Positions 37,677 to 48,631 of a stretch of 64,000 nt of DNA are shown here, in pieces. The translations under genes were made by a program, and so were the position numbers. Numbering within the stretch: the stretch's first letter is position 1; every line of letters starts with the position of its first letter. This DNA is from a plasmid: sequence record CP089609.1, one strand, 5' to 3'. The notes below the pieces were generated by a model that saw only the letters and a list, made by a program, of their open reading frames with translations, was not told the origin of the DNA and did no database searches.

Positions 37677-37988
37677 TCTTCCTGTTTGCGGGCGGGGCAC
37701 GGTGAACATGGGTGTTAACAGCGGTGTTAGCTAGGCGGGTGGCGGCATGTCCACACGCCGACGCCCGCCCAGATGTCGCACGACTGCAGCAATCGTCGGG
37801 GCGTCATGTAATCCGTTGGCGGGCCGTGGTCTTGGTGATCAGGCGGCACCATATCGCCTCCGCCGTATGCCGAGAGCCGCGTGCTGTGGCGGCGGCTTCG
37901 TGAACCGGGCGTCGTGGGGCTCGGCGCCGCGGAGTGGCCGGTCTGGACATAGCTGGTTTGCGTGGCTTTGTTCTTCTAGCGTGTGGTC

Positions 37989-39575
37989 ATGACCAATCCT
38001 GAGGACCCGGACAAGCGTCCGCCGGCGTCTGCCATGCCGATGAATCCGGCGGGGACGAGTCGGCGGGAAGCGGGGTGGCAGAAGGCAGTTGCGCGCAACT
38101 GGACGACCAGGGTTCAGGTGTCGGGGTGGCGTTTCATGGTGCGGCGGTTGGAGCATGCGTTGATTCGCCGAGATACCCGGATGTTGCAAGACCCGATGCG
38201 GTCGTTAGCCCGGGCGGGCAATGTCGGGATCGGGTTGGCGGTGCTGATTGGCATCGGATCGGTGGTCATGGCGTTCTTGGCACCCAAGGCGCAGTTGAAG
38301 GACGCTGAGATTGTCGCTGACAAGGACACTGCGGCGCTATATGTGCGGTTCAACGACCTGTTGCATCCTGTGTTGAATTTGCCTTCAGCGCAGTTGATTG
38401 TTGAGAGTCCGAAGAATCCGGTGTTTGTGAAGTCCTCGGAGTTGGCGTTGATGCCTCGGGGTCCGTTGGTGGGGATTCCCGCCGCGCCCGAGCGGATGCC
38501 GAATCCGGCGGAGGCCTCGGAGTCGCGGTGGTCGGTATGTGACACGACGTCGCCAGCGGGTGGCACGTTGGTGACGGTGCTGGGCACAGCGCCGGAATTG
38601 AGTGATGCCGTTGGCCCGATGCCGGATGGCTCGGCGCTTCTCGCTGGGTACGGTGATCAGGCGTTTTTGGTCTACAACGGCAAGCGGACACCGATCGATC
38701 TGCAAGACAAGGCGGTGACGCTGGCGGCTGGGGTGGATTCGTCGGCTCCTCCGGTGATGCCGATGAGCCGGGCCTTGCACGATGCGCTACCTGAAACTCC
38801 GCCTCTGGTTGTGCCGGCGATCGCCGCGGTGGGGTCTGCGTCTCCGTGGCCTCTTGATCCTTCGGTGGTGATCGGGTCGGTGATCAAGGTCAACCCCACC
38901 GATGGTGGTGACCCTGTGTTTTACGTCGTGCTGACTGATGGTGTCCAGCAGATCAGTTCAGTGACCGCGTCGATCATCCGCAACGCGGATCCGCGCAATC
39001 CTCCGCCGCCGATCGAGGTTGCGCCGAATGCGCTGCTCTCGATTCCGACCAGCCGGGCCCTGGACGTGAGCTTCTATCCGCAAGCGCCGCTTCGCCTGGT
39101 GGATCCGGTGGCCTCCCCTGTGACGTGCTTGTCGTGGGCGCAGTCGCGTGATGAGAGTAAGCCGCGGATGCAGATCCTCAGCGGGCATTCGTTGCCGTTG
39201 AAGGGTGATGCGCGGCCGGTGGACGTGGTCACCGCCAATCCCAATGGGGGAACGGCGAACAAGGTGTACATCCCGCCGGGTACCGGCCAGTTGGTGCAGA
39301 TTGTTGGTGGCACACCGGCGGCTCCGACCGGCTCCTCCGAGTGGTACATCGCCGACACTGGGGTGAGGTACGGCTTGGTGATGTCGGCCAGTTCGAAGAC
39401 CAATCCTGATAAGTCTCTGGGGCTCACCAACCCTCCTTTGCCGGCGCCGTGGAACATCGTCAGCTTGTTGCCGCCGGGTCCGGCGTTGTCGAAAGACGAT
39501 GCCTTGATCTCTCATGACCGGCTGCCCCTTGACGACGCCGGTATCGCCCTCAACAGCCACCCGGCGGGCCCGTAA
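37989..39575 (+). CDS. eccB: ESX secretion system protein EccB
   Basis: Single N-terminal transmembrane helix after WRFMVRRLEHALIRRDTRMLQDP. Length about 528 aa. Its position directly 5' of eccC fits EccB. Confidence 0.85.
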   Translation: MTNPEDPDKRPPASAMPMNPAGTSRREAGWQKAVARNWTTRVQVSGWRFMVRRLEHALIRRDTRMLQDPMRSLARAGNVGIGLAVLIGIGSVVMAFLAPKAQLKDAEIVADKDTAALYVRFNDLLHPVLNLPSAQLIVESPKNPVFVKSSELALMPRGPLVGIPAAPERMPNPAEASESRWSVCDTTSPAGGTLVTVLGTAPELSDAVGPMPDGSALLAGYGDQAFLVYNGKRTPIDLQDKAVTLAAGVDSSAPPVMPMSRALHDALPETPPLVVPAIAAVGSASPWPLDPSVVIGSVIKVNPTDGGDPVFYVVLTDGVQQISSVTASIIRNADPRNPPPPIEVAPNALLSIPTSRALDVSFYPQAPLRLVDPVASPVTCLSWAQSRDESKPRMQILSGHSLPLKGDARPVDVVTANPNGGTANKVYIPPGTGQLVQIVGGTPAAPTGSSEWYIADTGVRYGLVMSASSKTNPDKSLGLTNPPLPAPWNIVSLLPPGPALSKDDALISHDRLPLDDAGIALNSHPAGP

Positions 39576-39639
39576 TGCACTGTTACGCGACTGTATTTGC
39601 GGCAGAAGGTTTTTCATCTAGTGATCGAGGTGGACTGCG

Positions 39640-42600
39640 GTGAGTGTCACTGAAGGGTTTGTCCGGCCGGAAACCATTGCACCGGCGCCACAGATGCCCG
39701 GTGGAGACCATGACTTGGCCGCACCGGAAGAGGTGCCCCGTAAGACGCCGGTGTCGCCGGTCCAGGTCCTGATGCCGCTCGTGATGGTCGCTCTGCTGAT
39801 CGGCATGGTGATCATGATGTTCACGTTCGGCGGCATGGGTAGCCGGGCGTTCTCCCCGTACATGATGTTCTTCCCGGTCATGATGCTCATCGCAGTTATG
39901 TCGATGGCCTCACACACTGTGGGAGGTGGCAGCCAGGTTGGTGAGGTCAACGAAGACCGCAAAGACTACTTGCGGTACTTGGGGATTCAGCGTCGGATTG
40001 TTCAGCAGACCGGGCGTAAGCAGCATGCCGCACGTTCGTGGCATAACCCTGAGTTGGCGGTATTGCCGTCGTTGGCGTGGTCGTCTCGAAAGTGGGAGCG
40101 CAATCCGAGCTCGGCGAACTTCGCCCAGGTGCGTCTCGGGTTGGGTACCGAACGTTTGGCGACGCCGTTGAAGCCGCCGGCGGCTGCCCCGGTGGACAAC
40201 CTCGAACCGGTCGCCGCTCGCTTCCTGAAGCGGTTCATGGATACCCACAAGAATCAGACCTCGATGCCCTTGGCTATCGCGCTGGGGACCTATCCGTATA
40301 TCACCGTCACCGATTCCAAGGGGGAAGCCGCCCGGGGGCTTGTCCGTTCGATGCTGATGCAGCTCACGTTGTTTCATGGCCCGGAGCACTTGCTTGTTGC
40401 TGTGATCACCGACAAGCCTGAGGACGCGGCGTGGAGCTGGGTCAAGTGGCTGCCGCATAACCAGCATCCGACCGCGATGGACAAGCTGGGGACCGCGCGC
40501 ATGGTCTATCCGGACACATCCACCGCGCATGAAGCTCTACGGTTCATTCTCGGCTCCCGGCAGGCGCACAAGAAGGATGCCGGCACGGTGGTCAGCCCGC
40601 ACCTGGTGATCGTGTCTGATCGGCCGAATCCGCTGACACCGGCCGTGACGCTTCTTGGTCGTGACGGGATCGAAGGCGTCACACTGATTGATCTGCAGCC
40701 CGGGGACATCATCTCCACAGGGCCTGGCGGCGGTGACACCGTCAAACCGTTCACCTTCACCATCTGCGACGATCTGCTCTACGTTGCTAACGCTCGCGGC
40801 GTTCAGGCGAAGTTCGCGGTCCCCGACTATGCCTCGGTGTCCTTTGCCGCCGACTATGCACGGGTTCTCTCGCGGTATCGGCCGGCCAGCGAGACCGACG
40901 TCCTCGAACAGCGCCTCACGCGCAGAGTCGTCAAAGGCGGTGTGTGGCACCACATCGGGGCCACCGATGTGGCAACCGCGAATCCAGCGGTGTTGCAGCG
41001 TCGGCGTGATCCGCGCGACTTCATGAAGGTCGCGATTGGTGAGGAACCATCGGGTACGCCTCTGTTCTGGGATCTCAAAGAGGCCAGCCTGGGAGGGGTA
41101 GGACCGCACGGCCTTCTGATCGGGGCGAGCGGATCGGGCAAGTCCGAGACGCTACGGACGCTGGTGTTGTCGTTGCTGGCCACTCATCCCAGCGATCTGC
41201 TCAACTTGCTGCTGATCGACTACAAGGGCGGTGTGACGTTCCTCGGGTTCGATCAGGCACCTCACACATCGGCAGTGCTGACCAATATGGCAGAGGAGGC
41301 ACATCTCGTCACCCGTATGGATGTCGCGATTCGTGGCGAGCTCAACCGGCGTCAGGAGATCATCCGGGAGGCGCAGAAGCGCCTGGGCATCGACATTCCC
41401 AACGTCATCAAGTACAACGAACTGCGCGACGCTGGCAAAGACTTGGTGATGCTGCCGACGTTGTTCATCATCGTCGACGAATTCTCTGCTCTTCTGGGTG
41501 ACTACCCGGAGTTCGCTGATCTGTTTGCTCTCATCGGTCAGCAGGGGCGCGCGCTGGGAATGCACCTACTGCTCGCCAGCCAGGATCTCGCAGAGGGCCG
41601 ACTGGGCAAGGTGGACAAGCATCTGTCGTACCGGTTCGCGCTGCGGACGAACCGTCCCTCGGAGTCGCGTGATGTCATTTACACTCCTGACGCCTACGAT
41701 CTGCCGGCGACGCCTGGTGCAGCCTATTACCTGGCGGCCGGCGAAGATCTGCGGCGACTCGACATTTACTACACCGCCGAGCCGTACATACCGCCGAGGA
41801 AAACCGCTCTTGCTGCAGCCTCTACTGGCACAGAACACATTTCCGAGGCGCTGCGACCCCAGTTGTTCACCGCATCACCGGTGGTGGCGGATGCCGCCCG
41901 AGTGGACCAAGCGCCTGATGTGCCCGTTGACGGCGCAACGCTCGACAAGGCGACCCTCAACGGGAAGCCTACGAACGAGTCGAAGTCTGGTGACGACGAG
42001 AACAAAGAAGACACCATGATCGGCGCGAAGACCAAAGCCCAGGTGTTGTTCAATCGGCTCATCGGGCACGGGCCGGATGCTCATCGGATCTGGCTGCCGC
42101 CCTTGGACACTGCCCGGACCTTGAAGGATGTCTTCAACGATCCCGATCTGCTCTGGCCTGAATCCCAGCGCGGGACGCTGCAGATTCTTCTCGGGGTGAT
42201 CGATACCCCCTTTTTCCAGCGTCGCGATGCGCTCACCTTAGATCTCAACATCAACAACATGATGGTGGTGGGTAGCCAGAACACCGGTAGGTCTACCTTG
42301 CTGCAGACGCTGATCATGTCGGCCGCTTCGACCCACGACAGCAACCAAATCCAGTTCTATTGCCTGGATTTCAGCACCGGGAAGCTCGGCGTGCTCGATG
42401 AGCTTGCCCATGTGGGGTCGGTGGCTTCGAAGAATGATCTGGAGAAAGTGTCGCGGACGATCGCTGAGATGACCGCGATCTGGAATCGCCGCGAACGCCT
42501 GTTCCGCGAGAAGAACGTTCTGGGCATGCCCGACTTCCGTCGGCGCAAGGCTCAAGGTGATCCCAGCTTGAAGTCTGACAAGCATGCTAGCGACGTGGTG

Positions 42601-43965
42601 CTGGTCATCGATGGATGGACCACCATCACCCGTGACGATGTGGGACTCGAGCACCTGGAGGAAAAGGTGAATGTCCTTGCAGCTAAAGGGAAAGGTTTCG
42701 GCGTTCACGTGGTGCTGACAGCTGACCGATATATGGATTACAAGCCGGTGATCAAGGAATCTATGGGTCATAAGCTTGAGCTGCACCTCAACGACGCGGC
42801 GACGTCGGAGGTGCACCGCAAGACGGCCGAGAGGCTACCGAGCCTTCCTGGCCGCGGCATCGTCAGGTCCAAACGAAGTAAGTCCGGCGATGACTATAAC
42901 CCCGAGATTCTCAACCTGTTGGTGGCTCTGCCCATGCTGACCAGTTCGGCCGCTGGTGTCCCGCTGTCGACGTCGATCGACGTCGACCTTCGCGATTCAG
43001 TCGCTCACATCAATCAGCGCAATCGGGCCAAAGCCCCTCAGGTGCGGTTGCTGCCCTACGACCAGCCTCGCGCGGAGTTCATGGCCTCCACGTCGATGCC
43101 CGAACCCGGCCCGAGCCGTGCACAGTTGACAGTGCCGATCGGGCTGGGTGAGACCGAAATGTTGCCGCAGTACTTAGATTTCAACGATCCATCGAACGCG
43201 CACCTGGCGGTAATCGCCGATATTGAGAAGGGTAAATCGACAGTCTTGCGTCACATTGTGACGACACTGTGCGAACAGAACCCTCCTGGTGAGAGTGGCC
43301 AGGATCGCAGCGTGCTGTTCCTGATCGTTGACTTCCAGCGGCGGCTGCTCGGAGTGCTGCCCCAAGGGGCTGGCTACGGCAAGTACGTCGGCACCGAGAA
43401 GGATCTGCGGATCGCCGTTGAATACTTGGTCAACCTCATCACCGAGCGCTATCCACGTGGAGAGCTCACGCCAGGCCAGCTGCTTCGTCGTGACTGGTGG
43501 TCAGGCCCGGATATTTTCGTGATCGTTGACAACGCTCACGAGTTCTCGGGGATCAACAACGCACTGCAGCCTCTCAAGACGCACCTGGCCAGCGGACGCG
43601 ATACCGGGTTGCATGTGATCGGGTCCTGGCGCAGTGGTGGTGTTTCCAAGCAGATTTACAGCCCCAACGGATTGCTGAGCGAGCTCAAAGAGCTCAATGC
43701 CCCCGCCTTGATCATGAGCGGGTCCAAGGACGAAGGGAAACTGTTCGCCGAGGTCAAACCCCACGAGCAACCGGACGGCCGCGGCATCCTGGTGACCAAG
43801 CGCGGTGCCCAGACGGAGCTCATTCAGGTTCCGAACCTCCCGGCCCCGACGACGAGTAACCAATCCAAAAGAGAGCGACTAGATGTGCTGTCTCATGAGA
43901 TTGGTTTCGCGGTATGTCATCAAACGGGAGCTGTGAGGAGAGGCTATGACCGAGAATGCCTATAA
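39640..43965 (+). CDS. eccC: ESX secretion system FtsK/SpoIIIE-family ATPase EccC (single fused polypeptide)
   Basis: 1441 aa. N-terminal transmembrane helices and three P-loop domains (GASGSGKSETL; GSQNTGRSTLL; IEKGKSTVL). Confidence 0.9.
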   Translation: MSVTEGFVRPETIAPAPQMPGGDHDLAAPEEVPRKTPVSPVQVLMPLVMVALLIGMVIMMFTFGGMGSRAFSPYMMFFPVMMLIAVMSMASHTVGGGSQVGEVNEDRKDYLRYLGIQRRIVQQTGRKQHAARSWHNPELAVLPSLAWSSRKWERNPSSANFAQVRLGLGTERLATPLKPPAAAPVDNLEPVAARFLKRFMDTHKNQTSMPLAIALGTYPYITVTDSKGEAARGLVRSMLMQLTLFHGPEHLLVAVITDKPEDAAWSWVKWLPHNQHPTAMDKLGTARMVYPDTSTAHEALRFILGSRQAHKKDAGTVVSPHLVIVSDRPNPLTPAVTLLGRDGIEGVTLIDLQPGDIISTGPGGGDTVKPFTFTICDDLLYVANARGVQAKFAVPDYASVSFAADYARVLSRYRPASETDVLEQRLTRRVVKGGVWHHIGATDVATANPAVLQRRRDPRDFMKVAIGEEPSGTPLFWDLKEASLGGVGPHGLLIGASGSGKSETLRTLVLSLLATHPSDLLNLLLIDYKGGVTFLGFDQAPHTSAVLTNMAEEAHLVTRMDVAIRGELNRRQEIIREAQKRLGIDIPNVIKYNELRDAGKDLVMLPTLFIIVDEFSALLGDYPEFADLFALIGQQGRALGMHLLLASQDLAEGRLGKVDKHLSYRFALRTNRPSESRDVIYTPDAYDLPATPGAAYYLAAGEDLRRLDIYYTAEPYIPPRKTALAAASTGTEHISEALRPQLFTASPVVADAARVDQAPDVPVDGATLDKATLNGKPTNESKSGDDENKEDTMIGAKTKAQVLFNRLIGHGPDAHRIWLPPLDTARTLKDVFNDPDLLWPESQRGTLQILLGVIDTPFFQRRDALTLDLNINNMMVVGSQNTGRSTLLQTLIMSAASTHDSNQIQFYCLDFSTGKLGVLDELAHVGSVASKNDLEKVSRTIAEMTAIWNRRERLFREKNVLGMPDFRRRKAQGDPSLKSDKHASDVVLVIDGWTTITRDDVGLEHLEEKVNVLAAKGKGFGVHVVLTADRYMDYKPVIKESMGHKLELHLNDAATSEVHRKTAERLPSLPGRGIVRSKRSKSGDDYNPEILNLLVALPMLTSSAAGVPLSTSIDVDLRDSVAHINQRNRAKAPQVRLLPYDQPRAEFMASTSMPEPGPSRAQLTVPIGLGETEMLPQYLDFNDPSNAHLAVIADIEKGKSTVLRHIVTTLCEQNPPGESGQDRSVLFLIVDFQRRLLGVLPQGAGYGKYVGTEKDLRIAVEYLVNLITERYPRGELTPGQLLRRDWWSGPDIFVIVDNAHEFSGINNALQPLKTHLASGRDTGLHVIGSWRSGGVSKQIYSPNGLLSELKELNAPALIMSGSKDEGKLFAEVKPHEQPDGRGILVTKRGAQTELIQVPNLPAPTTSNQSKRERLDVLSHEIGFAVCHQTGAVRRGYDRECL

Positions 43966-44485
43966 GGTGGCCCGCGCCGCAGCCGCGAGTGCCGCGCGGT
44001 GGGCTCAGCGTCGCGAAGAGTGGTTTACCGCCGCCCTTGTCAAGAAGATGAGCCTCGACGGGTGGCCGGTAAAGGACACTTCGGTAGCGCTCGGGCTGGG
44101 CGTTCGCGATGTTCGGCGTGTCGCCGAGCGCCCACTCGTGCCTTACGCGGTCGCGATGAGTCAGTCGCTTGACAGGCTGGCTCACGTTCAGTCGGCGGTT
44201 GATGAAGTCGTGCGCCACGAGTCTGGTCTGGACGCGGAGGAACTCTGGGACTGGGCTCGCATCTACGACGCTGAGCAAGGACACCAGACGCATACTCAGT
44301 ACGCAATCGGGGACCACGTGCACCAAGCACTCGCCGACGTGAAGCTCTACAGTAGCCGGCTGCTTGACTCAGGGCTTGATGACCATGTTCGGGCCGAGGT
44401 GCAGCGGAAACTCCGCCTCGCGCAAGCTCGGGCCCGAGCATTCGGCGCCGAGGACCCTACGATCGCCGCCGCCGTGGCTCGATGA
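43946..44485 (+). CDS. hypothetical protein between eccC and eccA
   Basis: GGAGAGG Shine-Dalgarno. 179 aa. Overlaps the eccC 3' end by 20 nt. Confidence 0.4.
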   Translation: MTENAYKVARAAAASAARWAQRREEWFTAALVKKMSLDGWPVKDTSVALGLGVRDVRRVAERPLVPYAVAMSQSLDRLAHVQSAVDEVVRHESGLDAEELWDWARIYDAEQGHQTHTQYAIGDHVHQALADVKLYSSRLLDSGLDDHVRAEVQRKLRLAQARARAFGAEDPTIAAAVAR

Positions 44486-44794
44486 GGTGTAAGGGTTCCG
44501 CGCCGCGCCGATGAGGTCGAGTCCGCGTAACCAATCTCATGAGACAGCACACCTTGACGAGCTCAACGGACGCCAAGCCGCGACGTCCAACTGGACCGCC
44601 GTTCGTTGGCGATCGACAAGGTGATGTGCGTTTTGGCACGTACTTGGGCAACGGCTCATGGCATGAACTGGGCTCGGCTGTCCCCTTCTACCTGAGCGGC
44701 TCTGCCCGCACGCTTGGTGGGAGGCGAAGCATGGAATGAGACGAGCCGGTGCGCCCGCTTGCGGTTATAGGCCACTGGTCCCAACAGGGCGCCG

Positions 44795-46675
44795 TTAGTT
44801 GTCGTCGGCGCTTTCGTCGTGGTCAGGACGCTGTCCGGCACCGTAGTCCCGGGCCTTCTCTTCTGCTTCCTCGGTAGCGGCTTCGATGGCCTTACCGATG
44901 CCACGGTGAACGTCGGCGCTAGTCAGCTCGGTGTATTCATCGATTCGATCGAGGTCCACTCCGGTCCGGACGAGTCGTCGATTGCGGGCCGTCGCGCAGT
45001 GCTTGATGACTTGGCGGACAAACCGCCCATTGCCCAAGGCGTCGATACGGGGCCGTTGCGAAGGCTCGTCGGTTTCGGCGCAGATCTCCGTGAAGACCTC
45101 GCGTAGGGTTTCGCGTGCTTCGTCGGTCAGTGGCGCGCCTGCCGGGGCCGCGATCACGTCGGCGATGCCGACGAGTTCTTCTGGTGTGTAGGAGCGGAAT
45201 CGGATGCGCTGGGTGAAGCGGCCCCTGAGTCCGCTGTTGGTTCGTAGGAACTTGTTGATGGCGTCTTCGTAGCCGGCCACGATGCACACGAAGGTCTCGC
45301 GGTCGTTTTCGAGCCGGTGTAGGAGCCCTTCGATGGCTTCCTTGCCGTGGTTGTGTTCGCGGTTTTCTTTTACCAGGGTGTAGATCTCGTCGATGAACAG
45401 GACGCCGCCCTGTGCTTGGTCGATGACCTTCTTCGTTTTCTCGCGGGTTTCTGCGACGTACTTGCTGACAAGGTCTTCTTCGGTAGCCTCTATGAACTTT
45501 TCGGTGGGAACAGCTCCGTATCCAGCATAGATTTTCGCCAGAACGCGTGCGACGACGGTTTTCCCGGTTCCGGGAGGACCGGACAGGAGGATGTGTTCGG
45601 TGAGTTCGCCTGTGGGGAGCGCTTTTTCGCGTAGTTTTGACACTACTGCGGCGTTGGCTTGCACATCCTCGATGCTGTCTTTGACCGAGTCCAGGCCGAT
45701 GAGTTGTTCGAGCTCTTCTTGGGCTTCCTTGAGCAGCGCGTTTCGTCGGTCGTCGTTGATGCCGGCCACGGACCTGGGTGTCGTTGTGGGGTCCCACTGG
45801 TCAGTTCGGCCGTTGATTTGTTCTTCAGTAACGATCGGCAGCCGTAGCGACGGGTCGGTGAGTGCGCGGGCGGCTTCGGCGACGAGATCGGGATCACTGC
45901 GGTGGGCTCGGAGGGCTTCGAATACTTTGCGTGCGTGGTCTTCGTCGCCTAGTTCTCTGGCGACGAAGGCGCGCTTGAGCAGTGCCCTGTTGTAGATGTC
46001 GGGCTGGTGGTCTGGTTTGACTTCGTCGAGGCGCCGGGCGGCTTCGATCAACATGCCCAGGTGTGCGCATGCTGTCCCGGCCATGAAGTTCACGGAGTCT
46101 GCGTAGCCGCCGGCGGTGCCCCAGTCGTAGGCATTGAGTGCGGCGAGGAGGTCTTGCCACCGCTCGGTGTCCATGTAGATGGTGGCCAGGACGTAGTCGG
46201 CGATCTGGGTTGTCGCCGATTTCTGGTTCTGCTGGCTGTTCTTGACTTGATTGATCAGTTCGATGGCGTCGTCGTAGAGGGCATCGGAGGCCAGGAGTGC
46301 GGCGCGAGACAGGCAGATGTCGTCGAAGGTTCGGAGGGCAAGGTTGACAGGTCCGGCCTTGTAGAGGCCGCTGAGCCCGCTGTCGGGTGTCAGGCCCACT
46401 CGCCGTTGGTTTTCGCCGAGCCGTTTGCGGGTTCGGTAACACGCGACGATGATGTTGCGGTCGACGACCTCGGGGGTGCCTTGGTGTTCTAGAACGGTGA
46501 CTGCTGCCAGTCCCATCCAGGCGTCGCACATCGTTTCGTCTGCTCTGACTGCGGTTTCGAATGCGCGGCGGGCTTCGGCCAGATCGATGGGTTGCGGCTC
46601 GGCGGTGCCGGTCGGAATGCCAAGTTTGGCGACTCCGACCCGGAATGCGTGTTCGGCCAGCTCCGTGTCGGTCAC
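44795..46675 (-). CDS. eccA: ESX secretion system AAA+ ATPase EccA (TPR + CbbX-like AAA domain)
   Basis: 626 aa. N-terminal TPR-like repeats. C-terminal LSGPPGTGKTVVARVLAKIYAG...VLFIDEIYTL. Confidence 0.85.
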   Translation of the reverse strand: MTDTELAEHAFRVGVAKLGIPTGTAEPQPIDLAEARRAFETAVRADETMCDAWMGLAAVTVLEHQGTPEVVDRNIIVACYRTRKRLGENQRRVGLTPDSGLSGLYKAGPVNLALRTFDDICLSRAALLASDALYDDAIELINQVKNSQQNQKSATTQIADYVLATIYMDTERWQDLLAALNAYDWGTAGGYADSVNFMAGTACAHLGMLIEAARRLDEVKPDHQPDIYNRALLKRAFVARELGDEDHARKVFEALRAHRSDPDLVAEAARALTDPSLRLPIVTEEQINGRTDQWDPTTTPRSVAGINDDRRNALLKEAQEELEQLIGLDSVKDSIEDVQANAAVVSKLREKALPTGELTEHILLSGPPGTGKTVVARVLAKIYAGYGAVPTEKFIEATEEDLVSKYVAETREKTKKVIDQAQGGVLFIDEIYTLVKENREHNHGKEAIEGLLHRLENDRETFVCIVAGYEDAINKFLRTNSGLRGRFTQRIRFRSYTPEELVGIADVIAAPAGAPLTDEARETLREVFTEICAETDEPSQRPRIDALGNGRFVRQVIKHCATARNRRLVRTGVDLDRIDEYTELTSADVHRGIGKAIEAATEEAEEKARDYGAGQRPDHDESADDN

Positions 46676-46695
46676 AGGGAAAGTCTAGGTCGCGG

Positions 46696-47019
46696 CTATG
46701 CGGTGCGGCGGATCAGTTCGGTGAAGGGCACTGAGACTTTTCCTTCGTGGAACAGTGCTCCGCCGGCGATTCCGGTGTAGTCGGATTTGCCTTCGGGTCC
46801 GTCGCCGCCGGAAAGGGCGATGGCGAAGCATTCCGCAGAGGTCGGGCAGTTGGCGCAGAAGCGTCGAACCATTGGTTGTGCGGCTTGCTTCTTGCGGCTG
46901 TCGGAGGCTCGTTTGGAAATGACTGTTTCGAGTTTCTCTTCAAGCTCAAGCCACTCTTGGGGGCTTTGAGCGCATGGAGCTTCTGGGCCAAAAAGTGGCT
47001 CGATGTTAGACTTTTGCAC
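46696..47019 (-). CDS. WhiB-family Fe-S transcription factor
   Basis: GTG with AGGAGA Shine-Dalgarno. Cys pattern C...CxxCxxxxxC (APCAQ...RRFCANCPTSAEC) followed by GIAGG. Sits 20 bp upstream of eccA on the same strand. Confidence 0.65.
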   Translation of the reverse strand: MQKSNIEPLFGPEAPCAQSPQEWLELEEKLETVISKRASDSRKKQAAQPMVRRFCANCPTSAECFAIALSGGDGPEGKSDYTGIAGGALFHEGKVSVPFTELIRRTA

Positions 47020-47199
47020 GCCGATATCTCCTGTCGGTGGCTGTATTTCACTCCTGAGTCGCCTTTTTCCCGCCAAGGTTCTGGGCGACTCAGGGGTACA
47101 CCATATCACACACCGTCCGCGCCATGGGACGTTTAGTTCCCGTGTGAAGACACCATGGGGCGGCATGAGGCCCGTGCGGCGATGCGCCGGGAGGCGTGC

Positions 47200-47619
47200 C
47201 TAGGCGGAGTTGGGTCGTTCAGTCTGGCTCGTCGGTGGCGGCGTGTTGCGTTCACGCACCAGGGCCACACGGAGCTGGGTAAGCCGGGTCTGCATGGAGT
47301 CCACCTCACGCAGGGCGGCGTCGACCTTGTTGATGGTCTCGTCGAGATAGGTGTGGTCGTCGACGAAGTAACTGGCGGGAACCTTGAAAAAGTTTGCGAG
47401 CGCTTCGATGACGTCGAGGCGGGGCGTTGCGGTTCCGTCGACAAGGCGGTAGAGGTGACCGCGGCTCATGGCAAGCCCGGGCTCGTTGCTGATCATCCGG
47501 TAGAGACCGTCGACGGTAATGGGTCGGCCGGAGTCGGCGGCGCCAAGTCCGTCCATCAGAGCTTTCAGCCGGGCGCCAAATCGGCGACCTGTGGGAGTGA
47601 CCTCTTTCGGGTCGGCCAC
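47200..47619 (-). CDS. XRE-family HTH transcriptional regulator
   Basis: GTG with GGGGAGGGAG Shine-Dalgarno. HTH LYRMISNEPGLAMSRGHLYRLVDGTATP. Confidence 0.55.
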   Translation of the reverse strand: MADPKEVTPTGRRFGARLKALMDGLGAADSGRPITVDGLYRMISNEPGLAMSRGHLYRLVDGTATPRLDVIEALANFFKVPASYFVDDHTYLDETINKVDAALREVDSMQTRLTQLRVALVRERNTPPPTSQTERPNSA

Positions 47620-47797
47620 TGTTACTCCCTCCCCATCGCTCGATCTCTCGTTGCAACCCCCGACGTAAAGAGGGTAACAAGCTGCAGGAACACCTATGGG
47701 CACGACCGGCGAACTTGATCTACCAGGGTTGGGACGGTGGTGTCGTCGACTGGAGATGGGTTGGGGTGGACGAGCCCGAGGATTATCGTTTTCGGGC

Positions 47798-48166
47798 ATG
47801 ACAGATTCGTCCGATTCTGAAGTCGGCAGGGTTGCCCAGCCTCGCTATATCGCGGGCAGTGAGGCCGTTCAGGCTCTTGTAGATCGCATTGCTGGGACAG
47901 GCGATCGCCTCGGTGGAGCTATTCGCGACGTCGAGGATGTCCGTTGCTCGGTGGCCTCGAAGAACGAGGATGTCGTGGTCGAAGTGAGCGGGTTGCAAAA
48001 GTTAACCGGCCTGTATCTCGAACCGGGCCTTTACCGGCGGTATTCACCCGATCAACTGGCGGCAGAGATTAGCGAGACAGTGCTAGCAGGCGCGGAAGTT
48101 GCTGGTGAAAAGGTGCGCGAGGCGAGGGCGCGATATTTCCTGCCTGATTCCGACGACGAAGGTTAG
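47798..48166 (+). CDS. YbaB/EbfC-like small protein (EspL-like, ESX-associated)
   Basis: About 120 aa. The VVVEVSGLQKLTGLYLEPGL...DQLAAEISETVLAG pattern resembles the YbaB fold. Sits directly upstream of the PE gene. Confidence 0.35.
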   Translation: MTDSSDSEVGRVAQPRYIAGSEAVQALVDRIAGTGDRLGGAIRDVEDVRCSVASKNEDVVVEVSGLQKLTGLYLEPGLYRRYSPDQLAAEISETVLAGAEVAGEKVREARARYFLPDSDDEG

Positions 48167-48328
48167 CCAGATGACTGCCAGGTGCCCGCTTCGGCGTGTC
48201 ACCCAACCATAGTTTGCGACACCGGAGAAGCTTCGCTGGATTGCCGTTGCACGGTCGTGATGTCTGCGTATACTTCCACTTAGTCTTCATACGGAGACAT
48301 ACCGTTCATCGTTCCGGAGGCGGACACC

Positions 48329-48631
48329 ATGAGCTATGTTTCGGTTGAGCCGGCGGTCGTGGACGCGACCGCCGCAAATCTGCTGGCAACCGCGGTGCAG
48401 CTCCAAGCGGCGATCATCGCAGCCACCGGCCCCGCCGTGGGGATGGTCCCGCCGGGGGCCGAAGAGGTATCGATCACCGGCACAACGGCATTGGCCGGCA
48501 ACAACGCCCAAGTGCTCGGCATGAGCCAAGCAGCCGTGGTCGAAATGACCAACGCCGCCTTGGCAGTCGGCGGATCCGGGGTCGCCATTCAAGTCCAAGA
48601 CCTGATCAACAAAGGCCTGCTGCTTGTCTAG
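48329..48631 (+). CDS. PE-family protein
   Basis: 100 aa, Ala/Gly-rich. MSYVSVEPAVVDATAANL... N-terminus. Directly precedes the PPE gene. Confidence 0.7.
   Translation: MSYVSVEPAVVDATAANLLATAVQLQAAIIAATGPAVGMVPPGAEEVSITGTTALAGNNAQVLGMSQAAVVEMTNAALAVGGSGVAIQVQDLINKGLLLV

Noticed and set aside
39640-43965. Split eccCa/eccCb arrangement as in ESX-1
   Set aside because: A single uninterrupted 1441-aa ORF carries all three P-loop domains.
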